Positions 56,512 through 64,000 of a DNA stretch of 64,000 nt are shown in pieces (the first letter of the stretch is position 1; each line of letters begins with the position of its first letter). The notes under the pieces are model-generated. The model did not search any database and was not told where the DNA came from. It worked only from the letters and a program-made list of their open reading frames with translations. The DNA lies in NCBI GenBank assembly GCA_963758525.1, contig CAVWVQ010000003.1, positions 896,001 through 960,000 on the forward strand, read 5' to 3'. This DNA is from an uncultured Phycisphaerales bacterium. GTDB lineage: Bacteria > Planctomycetota > Phycisphaerae > Tepidisphaerales > Tepidisphaeraceae. Position numbers and translations under genes: made by a program.

Positions 56512-57963
56512 TCACGGATCCTTCCCGCGCCCTCCCAGCGTCACCATCGTCTCGACATACTCCTTCTCCCTGCGAAGTCGCAGACGAATCGCTTGCCCCG
56601 GTTCATGCGGCGCCAGCAGCCGTTCGAGAGCCGCGCGGTCGCGGAGTTCCTTGCCGTCCATTGCCACCAGGATATCTCCGACCTTGACGTCTCCCGACAT
56701 CGCGGGACTGCCGGCAGGAACGCTTGCAATGCGCACGCCATCGATCGCGTCGGCGATTCCCACGCCCAGCAGCGGCCCGCCGGGACGCGCGGCGCTCGCG
56801 CAACAGGCCGATCCAAAATCCATTGCACAAACGCCTTCCGCAGGCTCGCGAGGCTGGAGCCCGTGACCTTCTCCAGCGCCGCTGCGCCGGTCGGATCCTG
56901 CTCATACCCCGCCACATAGGCATCGTAGAACGCCTTCAGCAGCCCCGTTTCCTGCAGAAATTGCAGCAGGCAGCCCGACTCGCCGTATGCGAGATTCGGC
57001 CGCGCGCTGAAATCCTGCCGCGTCATCCGCACCAGCGTTTCCAGCGCCGGCAACTCGCCGCTCTTTGCCGCCACCCGAACAAACTTCAGCCGGGCGTTGT
57101 CGTGCGCGATGTATTTCCCATCGTCGATCTCGCCGCTCTCGAAGAGCGTGGCCAACCCCTCGCTGAGCCAGACGGGATGCTCCTGTCCCAGCGCATGCTG
57201 ATCGGCCGCGTGCAGCGCGTGGGTGAATTCGTGTGTCACAAATTGGCCCAGCCGCATCGACACCGCCGTTCGCGTCGCATCGTCATATTCACCGCCGAGA
57301 TGCGGCGCCAGAGCGAGCCGCGCAAAGTCGGCGCCGGTGGGGATGACGATGCGGATAAACTCGTCCGGCGGATGGGAGAAAACCGCCCTCTCCTCGGCCG
57401 ACTCGACAACCAGCAGATCGCTTTCCAGCATCGCCAGCGTTGGCTGATCCACCGCGGCGGCAAACACCAGTTTGTGCTGTTCATCGGCGTCGTACACATA
57501 TTGTTCCCCCAGCTCGCGGCGCAGTTCCGCGATCGCCAGCCCCGCCGCGTGATGCACGATCTGGTCCTTGCGCAAGCAACGCCTCGAATCGCGGGGAATC
57601 GCGCACCTCGGCCAGCGCCCGATTGCTCGCGAGCATTGTGAAATCCGTAAAGCCCGCATCGGTTGCCTGCTCGAGTGCCCCCATCGCATCCGCGCTCTTC
57701 CCCTCGGCGGCCAACACGCACGCCAGGTTATAGAGCCGCGTCGGCTGCGCCGGCACGAGCGCCAGGGATTGACGCAGAGTCGATTCAGCGTCGGAAAGTT
57801 TCCCGCGATCGATCAGATCAGATGCACGACGCGAGAGCTCCGCCGCCCGCTGTTGCTGCGCCGGCGAAGAATCGGCAGCGGCAAGCGGCGATGAAGAATG
57901 GAGACAAATCATCGCGCCAAGCGCGATATGCCGTCGTCGGAGTTGAAAGCATCCCCGTGGCAT
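56512..57963 (-). CDS. Secreted TPR + peptidase MA-like (HExxH) + PDZ protein, frameshifts near 57572 and 56797
   Basis: TPR (YNLACVLA...AGFTD) in ORF 57481..57978; HEFTH...WLSEGLAT in ORF 56541..57689; PDZ (LLGV...GSPA...GDILVAMDG) in ORF 56512..56823. Start uncertain. Confidence 0.75.
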
Positions 57964-58110
57964 GGGCGTCCCGCCCATGTTAGCGACGCGGAGCTAACAA
58001 ATACTCTCGATACTCTCGATATCGAAATTTCATACTCCCGCGCCGCCAACATGGGCGAGACGCGCCGGACGCCCATGCCACACACAATGCCAAGGCGGCG
58101 TGTGCGATCC

Positions 58111-58192
58111 GGCGCTCGAAAGTGGCCATCAGCTCCGAGTAGGGCGGGATTCATCCCGCCGATTTGTTGGCTGGCCGAGGAAAACGGCGGGA
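58111..58192. repeat. Second copy of the GTAG-REP element at 7567-7647
   Basis: ggcgctcgaaagtgg...ctccgagtagggcgggattcatcccgccgatttgttgg...aaaacggcggga. Confidence 0.85.
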
Positions 58193-58259
58193 AATTCACG
58201 CCACCCCGCGCCACCGGGAACTTTCAAGCCGAATACGGCTCGGGTACGATGCCCCTGCA

Positions 58260-59162
58260 ATGGACGCTGGGCACAAAGACAACGCGGATTTGCGAATCGA
58301 CCAGATCCTCGGCAAGGGGAAGCCGGTGATCTCGTTCGAGTTTTTCCCGCCGAAAACCGAGGCGGGATTCAACGCCCTCTACCAGACGATCAACGAACTC
58401 CATCCGCTGCACCCCTCGTACGTTTCGGTGACCTACGGCGCCGGCGGGAGCACCCGATCGAAAACCGTCGAGCTGGTCGAGCGAATTCAGAACAATCTCA
58501 AGCTCCGCGCGATGGCCCATCTGACCTGCGTCGGCCATACGTCCAATGAGATCGGCGAGATTCTCGACGATCTCTGGAAGGCCAACATCCGCAACGTCCT
58601 CGCCCTGCGCGGCGATCCACAGCCCGGGCAGATGCAGTTTGTCGCCACCCAAGGTGGCTTTGCCTACGCGGACGAATTGGTTTCCTTTGCCAGATCGCAT
58701 CACGATTTCTGCATCGGCGTCGCCGGTTATCCCGAGGGGCACCCGCAGTGCCTGAACCTCGCCCGCGACATGCAGAACCTCAAACGCAAAGTCGACAACG
58801 GCGGCTGCTTCATCGTGACCCAGCTCTTCTTCGACAACACCGATTTCTACCGCTTCCGCGAAACCGCCCGTCTCATGGGCATCAGCGTGCCGATCGTCGC
58901 CGGCATCATGCCGATCCTCAATGTCGCGCAGATCAAGCGGTTTGTCTCCATGTGCGGCGCCAAGATTCCGCAACGCCTGCTCGTAAAGCTCGAATCGCTC
59001 GAGGCCGACCCGGAAGCGGTCTATGCCGCCGGCGTTGAATTCGCGACACGCCAATGCCAGGACCTCCTCTTCAACGGCGTCGACGGACTTCACTTCTATA
59101 CGCTCAACAAGAGCAAGGCGACGGTGCAGATCTGCGAACAGTTGGGCGTGTCCGCAGCGTGA
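58260..59162 (+). CDS. metF: 5,10-methylenetetrahydrofolate reductase
   Basis: SFEFFPPK, SVTYGAGGS, AHLTC, LALRGD, AGYPEGH, TQLFFD, HFYTLN. Confidence 0.96.
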   Translation: MDAGHKDNADLRIDQILGKGKPVISFEFFPPKTEAGFNALYQTINELHPLHPSYVSVTYGAGGSTRSKTVELVERIQNNLKLRAMAHLTCVGHTSNEIGEILDDLWKANIRNVLALRGDPQPGQMQFVATQGGFAYADELVSFARSHHDFCIGVAGYPEGHPQCLNLARDMQNLKRKVDNGGCFIVTQLFFDNTDFYRFRETARLMGISVPIVAGIMPILNVAQIKRFVSMCGAKIPQRLLVKLESLEADPEAVYAAGVEFATRQCQDLLFNGVDGLHFYTLNKSKATVQICEQLGVSAA

Positions 59163-59172
59163 TCGGCACTTG

Positions 59173-59525
59173 CAAAGCTCGAATGTCGAAGCTCGAATCC
59201 TCGAAGCAAGCTCGAAGCTCGAAGCTCGAATCCTCGAAGCAAGCTCGAAGCTCGAAGCTCGAATGTAGAAACTCGAAACAGGCGGGACGTCACGAAAACC
59301 CGAATGACGAAACCAGAATCCCCGAATCAAACCAGAATGACGAATGACTAAATGAAGACGGGGGAATGCGGGTCCTCTGGTAGCTCGATCGGTATCGAGG
59401 CTCCGGGGATGTGTTGCGAGAACAGACCGTTCCGACATTCGTCATTCGGGCTTCGGATTTGATTCGGAATTCGGGTTTCGGAATTCGGGTTTCCGCCCGC
59501 AGTGGCGGCAGGGTTTCGTCATGCG
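59173..59525. repeat. AAGCTCG heptamer tract followed by inverted GAATGAC/GTCATTC-type tracts
   Basis: aagctcgaagctcgaagctcgaa...; cgaatgacgaaa...gaatgacgaatgac vs ttcgtcattcgggcttcggatttgattcgg; a related tract lies at 24578-24645. Confidence 0.8.
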
Positions 59526-59582
59526 AATTTCCCAACATGGCCTCCCCTCGGCCCACGCGATCCCACCACCCGCACCGATCCC

Positions 59583-59622
59583 AAAAAGAAAGCCCCTCAT
59601 CCGAAGATGAAGGGCTCTTTCT
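59583..59622 (-). terminator. Rho-independent terminator of the RRM gene
   Basis: Minus strand: AGCCCTTCATC-TTCG-GATGAGGGGCT followed by TTCTTTTT. Confidence 0.8.
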
Positions 59623-59654
59623 ATTTGCGTTATCGACGTGAGTCGAAAGCCGGC

Positions 59655-60080
59655 TTAGTAGCGATCGCGGCCGCCGCGATCGCGGCCACCGCCGCCACCG
59701 CCGCCGCCGTATCCACCACCGCCGCCGCTGCGGCCACCGCCGCCGCCGCCGAATCCACCGCCGCCGCCGCGACGGCCACCGCCGCCACCGCCGCCGCCGT
59801 ACCCACCACCGCCACCGCCGCCGCCACGCTCTTCGCGGGGACGTGCTTCGTTGACGGTCAGAGCGCGGCCGCCATGCTCGTGACCGTTAAGCGCCGCAAT
59901 GGCAGCCTCGGCCTCGGCATCGTTAGCCATTTCGACAAAGCCAAAACCCTTGCTGCGGCCCGTGTCGCGATCATTGATGATCTGAGCAGAAACCACCTGC
60001 CCGTGTGCAGTGAACAACTGCTCTAGTTCCGAGCTATCTACGCTGTAGCTCAAATTCCCCACATACAACTTCTTACCCAT
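59655..60080 (-). CDS. RRM RNA-binding protein with Gly-rich tail
   Basis: KLYVGNL (RNP2), KGFGFVEM (RNP1), VNEARPRE, GGG/RGG tail. Confidence 0.95.
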   Translation of the reverse strand: MGKKLYVGNLSYSVDSSELEQLFTAHGQVVSAQIINDRDTGRSKGFGFVEMANDAEAEAAIAALNGHEHGGRALTVNEARPREERGGGGGGGGYGGGGGGGGRRGGGGGFGGGGGGRSGGGGGYGGGGGGGGRDRGGRDRY

Positions 60081-60298
60081 TGGAAATCTCCTATGGAATG
60101 GGTATCAACAGCCCGTGTTTTGAAACGGTTCTTTCCGGGCCAGAATCGAAAGAGGTTGACATACCAACCGGGGGATGTGCGACACAGACGGAGGAAGAAA
60201 CAAACACGATGCAAGTTTCCTGAGGCCGATCGACGTACCCGCCACCTTGAGCGGATACGATACCGCTTTCCACAGGGATAGCAAGAGTCAAATCTGAG

Positions 60299-60540
60299 GA
60301 AGGCACGGAGGCACAAAGGCACGGAGGCACGAAGGGGAAGAGAGTGACCGCCGGAGACCCTGTCGCGTCGATACCGCCGACGGCGCCGCCGTAGCTTGCC
60401 CTTCGCGGCGACAGTCCCTCCTCGACAACCCGCGGCCTACCCCTTTGACCTCCAACCCGCCCTGCCTCCACCTCTTCCCTCCCCCATCCTCCCCTCCGTG
60501 CCTACGTGCCTACGTGCCTTCGTGCCTTCCCCCCGTGCCT
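60299..60540. repeat. Inverted GGCACG(G/A/T)A octamer tracts between divergent genes
   Basis: gaaggcacggaggcacaaaggcacggaggcacgaagg (60299-60335) vs ccgtgcctacgtgcctacgtgccttcgtgccttc (~60496-60530). Confidence 0.75.
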
Positions 60541-60568
60541 TTCTCCCCCCACGTCTTATAATCCCCCC

Positions 60569-61540
60569 ATGATTCTCGCAGGCATTGATGAGGCAGGTTA
60601 CGGCCCCGTGCTGGGGCCCTTGGTCGTCGGCTGCACCGCCTTCGAAGTGCTTCCTGACGTTGAAGGAACCCAAATTCCCTGTCTTTGGAAACGCCTCAAT
60701 CGATGTGTCAGCAGGAACCGCAGCAAGAGCGGACGGAAGCTGCACGTGAACGACAGCAAGATCGTCTACTCCCCCGCCAACGGGCTTGCGGAACTGGAGC
60801 GGTCGGTGCTCGCCCTGGTGACGGCGATGGGAGATTGGCCGGATGGACTCATCGCGCTGCTGCGTGTCGTGGCAACGGACGTGGTCCCCCAGATGCAGCG
60901 ATACCCCTGGTACCATCCGCCGGATGACGAAGCCTTTCCGCTGGCGCAGGAGGCCATGGCGATCCGACTCCTGGCCAACGCCCTTCGCGCCGAGATGCAT
61001 CGCTCCAATACCCGCTGCGTCCACGTTGCCGCTCGCGTGATATGCGAGCATGAACTCAATGCGATGCTCAACGCAACCCGCAATAAAGGGAGCACGCTCT
61101 TTTCCGTCACGTCAATGCATCTGGATCACTTGCTGAGAACCTACGGCCGCCTGGGACTGACCATCGTCTGCGATCGTCACGGCGGCCGCGGTCATTACGG
61201 CGCTCTGCTTCGACTCATGTTCGAAGACTGGTCGCTGGAAATCGTCGACGAACAGGAAGCTGTCAGCGAATATCAATTGTGCCAGAACGGCGCCGCCGTG
61301 CGGATCATTTTCCGCGAGAAAGCGGAGGCGCAGTGCCTGCCGGTCGCGTACGCGTCGATGGTGAGCAAATATCTGCGCGAAGCGATGATGCATCGCTTCA
61401 ACGCATTTTGGAAAGTCCAATCCCCCGGCGTGCATCCCACCGCCGGATATCACAACGACGGTATCCGCTTCCTCACCGACATCTCCAAACGACGCCTCGA
61501 ACTGGGCATCCCAGATGAGCTGCTGATTCGCTCGCGGTGA
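60569..61540 (+). CDS. rnhB: Ribonuclease HII-like protein (divergent)
   Basis: AGIDEAGYGPVLGPLVV, NDSK, CDRHGGR, KAE...VAYASMVSKYLRE, GY. Confidence 0.75.
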   Translation: MILAGIDEAGYGPVLGPLVVGCTAFEVLPDVEGTQIPCLWKRLNRCVSRNRSKSGRKLHVNDSKIVYSPANGLAELERSVLALVTAMGDWPDGLIALLRVVATDVVPQMQRYPWYHPPDDEAFPLAQEAMAIRLLANALRAEMHRSNTRCVHVAARVICEHELNAMLNATRNKGSTLFSVTSMHLDHLLRTYGRLGLTIVCDRHGGRGHYGALLRLMFEDWSLEIVDEQEAVSEYQLCQNGAAVRIIFREKAEAQCLPVAYASMVSKYLREAMMHRFNAFWKVQSPGVHPTAGYHNDGIRFLTDISKRRLELGIPDELLIRSR

Positions 61541-61552
61541 GCGATTGCGGCT

Positions 61553-61873
61553 TCACTGCCGTCCTCGAAGCCGATGCAGATGGTGGCGAATCGCAACTGC
61601 AGCGGCCCCGATGCAGACGAGCAGCACAAACACGCAGTAAACGAAGACGATCGTGTCGCCGCCGTTTTGTACAAAGTCACGAATCAACGCGAGAAAGAGA
61701 ATGATCAGCACCGCGCAAATGCTGGTTCGATTGAACACGTCGCCGCCCGGATCCTCGGGATCTTCGGTACAAATGGAGTTACCTGGGGGCGCTGTCGCCG
61801 CGTGCTCCGCAGACGAGGGAGGCCTGGCATAGGAAAGCGATCGCAATTCGGGGTCCGGGGATGCGTTACCCAT
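61553..61873 (-). CDS. Small 2-TM hypothetical protein
   Basis: MGNASPDPELRSLSYARP... followed by two hydrophobic helices. Confidence 0.55.
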   Translation of the reverse strand: MGNASPDPELRSLSYARPPSSAEHAATAPPGNSICTEDPEDPGGDVFNRTSICAVLIILFLALIRDFVQNGGDTIVFVYCVFVLLVCIGAAAVAIRHHLHRLRGRQ

Positions 61874-61956
61874 TTTTACCACTTGCCGTATTTTAGGGGG
61901 GTTCAGAACCTGTTTATGTCTCTTCGCGCAGCCAACTGCCGATCGGCGGGGAACGT

Positions 61957-61999
61957 ACCCCCCTCTCCCGGTAGTCCGGGAGAGGGCAGGGGTGAGGGT
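61957..61999. repeat. REP-like palindrome CCCTCTCCC...GGGAGAGGG-CAGGGGTGAGGG
   Basis: ccccctctcccgg-tagt-ccgggagagggcaggggtgaggg; another palindrome, CACAGCCG-gga-CGGCTGTG-CTAC, at ~62126-62148. Confidence 0.65.
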
Positions 62000-62282
62000 G
62001 ATCTCGCGAACACCGGCGCACGCTGATCTTGCAAATCACCGCAAGCTCAGGTCGACAGGGCAGTTTCCGCTCTCGTTCGCGACGGCCGCTCGTCGCATGG
62101 CCGACTCGGCTGTGAACGCCAAGCCACAGCCGGGACGGCTGTGCTACGAAATTCGCAACTGCGTGGCGTCGAAACCGCGGGTAGCGCCAGCGAATCTCGC
62201 AGTTTTTCCTTGCCTTTCAAGCGAAAAATGGGATAGCCTGACACATGAACAAAAGCACATCACGTTCAGTATGTCATAGCAA

Positions 62283-63278
62283 GTGAGCAATACCATGATC
62301 CCATTTAGATTTGCACCCGTACTGGTCGTCGCGCTGTGTTTGATTAGTACCACCCCGGCCTTTGCCCGCACGAGGGTTTCAGCCGCGGCGCAACAGGCGG
62401 CGGACGCCAAGAAAAAGCAGGAGCAGCAGCAGGAAGAGCAGCAGGAGCAACAGCGACGGGCGGCGGAGCAGGCTCAGGTCCAGGCGGTGAATGCCGCCCA
62501 GAAAAGCCTGGACGATGCGCAGGCTGCCCTGAACGCCGTCACGCTCAAAGCGGAAACGCAATTCGAATCGTCGCCGGAATACATCGCCGCCAACAACGAA
62601 TTGAAGGCAGATCAGGCCGCGTATGACGCGGCCGCAGGCACCGTGGCAACCAAGGCCGACGCGGACCCGGCATTTGCCTCGGCGAAAGCGCGCAGCGACA
62701 AATTGGAAGCTGAGCTTGCGGATATGAAGGCGGGCGGCGTCAGTTCCGACGACGAAATCGTTGCCAAGTCGCAGGAGGTGATGCAAGCCTCCTCCGCCAC
62801 TCACAAGATCGAAACCGACGCAGTCGCCGCTGACCCGGCAGCCACCGCGGCCCACGAGAAGCTGATCGCCGCGCAAAAGACAATGGACGCGCTCAAGGCC
62901 GACTTTCACGCGAAGCTGAGCAAGACGCCCGATTATGCGGCGGCGAAGAGCGCGGTGGACGCCGCCGATCAGCAACTGATCGCCGCCCAGCGCGGCGAAG
63001 GCCGTGGCGTCCCGGCAGTCGCAACGACCGTGAAGGGGAAGATCACCGGCGTCGGCAACGACAGCTTCACGATGGCAGTTTCGGAGGCCAAAAAGAAGAG
63101 CCGAATCGTGACCGTGAAATACACCAGCGGCGCCACCATCACCGGCCCCGCCAGCGGAACGATCGACAAGACCGCCATCGGTCAAACCGCCAGCGTCGTC
63201 GGTAAAGAGACCGGCAACACCATCAGCGCCTCCAGCATCACCATCAGCGGCACGCCAAAGAAGAGCGGAGCGGCGTGA
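62283..63278 (+). CDS. Secreted Ala/Gln-rich coiled-coil protein with C-terminal OB-like (DUF5666-like) beta domain
   Basis: Signal peptide ending PAFA, long helical region, C-terminal VKGKIT...VKYT..ATI...GQTASVVG...ASSITI. Confidence 0.75.
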   Translation: MSNTMIPFRFAPVLVVALCLISTTPAFARTRVSAAAQQAADAKKKQEQQQEEQQEQQRRAAEQAQVQAVNAAQKSLDDAQAALNAVTLKAETQFESSPEYIAANNELKADQAAYDAAAGTVATKADADPAFASAKARSDKLEAELADMKAGGVSSDDEIVAKSQEVMQASSATHKIETDAVAADPAATAAHEKLIAAQKTMDALKADFHAKLSKTPDYAAAKSAVDAADQQLIAAQRGEGRGVPAVATTVKGKITGVGNDSFTMAVSEAKKKSRIVTVKYTSGATITGPASGTIDKTAIGQTASVVGKETGNTISASSITISGTPKKSGAA

Positions 63279-63298
63279 GCGTGCGATGGCCGACTGCT

Positions 63299-63997
63299 CT
63301 AATGATCGAGCATTGGTTTCAGTAAGGAAACCCAAAGCTCGTACCCCGCTCGCACCATATGCAGACCGTCGGGGCGGAAGAGCTTCTTGAGCGGCTTCCC
63401 GTCCGGTCCGAGCATCGGAGTAAATACGTCGACATAATGCAACGACGGATCGGCGGCAACGTCCTGCGCGATCAGGCGATTGGCTTGGCGAATCTTGTCG
63501 ACGATCTTCCACCGCAACAAACTCGGTTTGATCGAGATGAAATAAATCGGCGCTTCTGGAAGCTGCGAACGCACCTTCTCAACGAAAGCCTTGAAATCGG
63601 TCTCCACTTGCTCCGGCGACATTCCGCCGGCCAGGTCATTGTCCCCCGCGTAGAAGACGATCCGGCGCGGGTGGTACGGGAAGATGATTCGATCCGCGAA
63701 AAAGGTGCTGTCGGCGATGCGGGAACCGCCAAAGCCACGATTCATCGTGGGAAACTCGGGGAAATCCGTGGCCAGCGTCGTCCAGAAGCGGATGCTCGAA
63801 CTGCCGATGAAAAGCGTCGCGTCCGCGGGCGGCATCTTCTTCCGATCCGCCCTTTCAAACGCCGCGATTTCATTTTCAAATGCGTGTGGCTTCGCCGGCC
63901 GCGTCGCCGGCGATTCCGCGGAATATGCGACGCTCTGCGCGATGAGCAGCATCCACGCGATCCGCCATGCGATGCTGTTCTTGGGTCGTCTTACCAT
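63299..63997 (-). CDS. SGNH/GDSL hydrolase
   Basis: FIGSSSIRFW, NRGFGGS, YAGDND, DGLH blocks; signal peptide. Confidence 0.9.
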   Translation of the reverse strand: MVRRPKNSIAWRIAWMLLIAQSVAYSAESPATRPAKPHAFENEIAAFERADRKKMPPADATLFIGSSSIRFWTTLATDFPEFPTMNRGFGGSRIADSTFFADRIIFPYHPRRIVFYAGDNDLAGGMSPEQVETDFKAFVEKVRSQLPEAPIYFISIKPSLLRWKIVDKIRQANRLIAQDVAADPSLHYVDVFTPMLGPDGKPLKKLFRPDGLHMVRAGYELWVSLLKPMLDH

Positions 63998-64000
63998 TGC

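Noticed and set aside
58190..58260. SAM/SAH riboswitch upstream of metF
   Set aside because: No recognisable consensus; the upstream space is occupied by REP elements.
59655..59830. (GCC)n/(CCG)n tract as a DNA repeat element
   Set aside because: It is the Gly-rich coding tail of the RRM protein.

Overview
GC-rich bacterial chromosomal window. DUF1559/H-X9-DG pilin-like, DUF4058 and DUF6398 genes plus the ACIII-caa3 operon suggest Planctomycetota, probably Phycisphaerae (inference). It is mostly housekeeping: infA, cobA-hemD, tatC, ppa, citrate synthase, rsgA, purF, sucAB, rny, a 15-kb alternative complex III plus A2-type caa3 oxidase operon, metF, an RRM protein and an RNase HII-like gene. 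An accessory island at about 31.7-40.9 kb carries a TerY-P triad (vWA, PP2C, YegI-like kinase), two orphan upstream ORFs, a DUF4236 gene, a Y1/RAYT-like transposase remnant and an AAA ATPase enclosed by ~133-bp direct repeats. The TerY block is bracketed by inverted REP-like palindromes. Other notable signals: a promoter / 6S-RNA-like rod / membrane-anchored RAPP-motif uORF / rny arrangement (possible arrest-peptide control of RNase Y); a 1.37-kb higher-order array with 11+11 copies of a 45-bp unit; several intergenic 7-8-mer repeat and REP/REPIN-like families. About 12 frameshifts fall at or next to GCGC and are most likely systematic long-read errors. All calls come from reading the sequence and recognising motifs; no searches were run.
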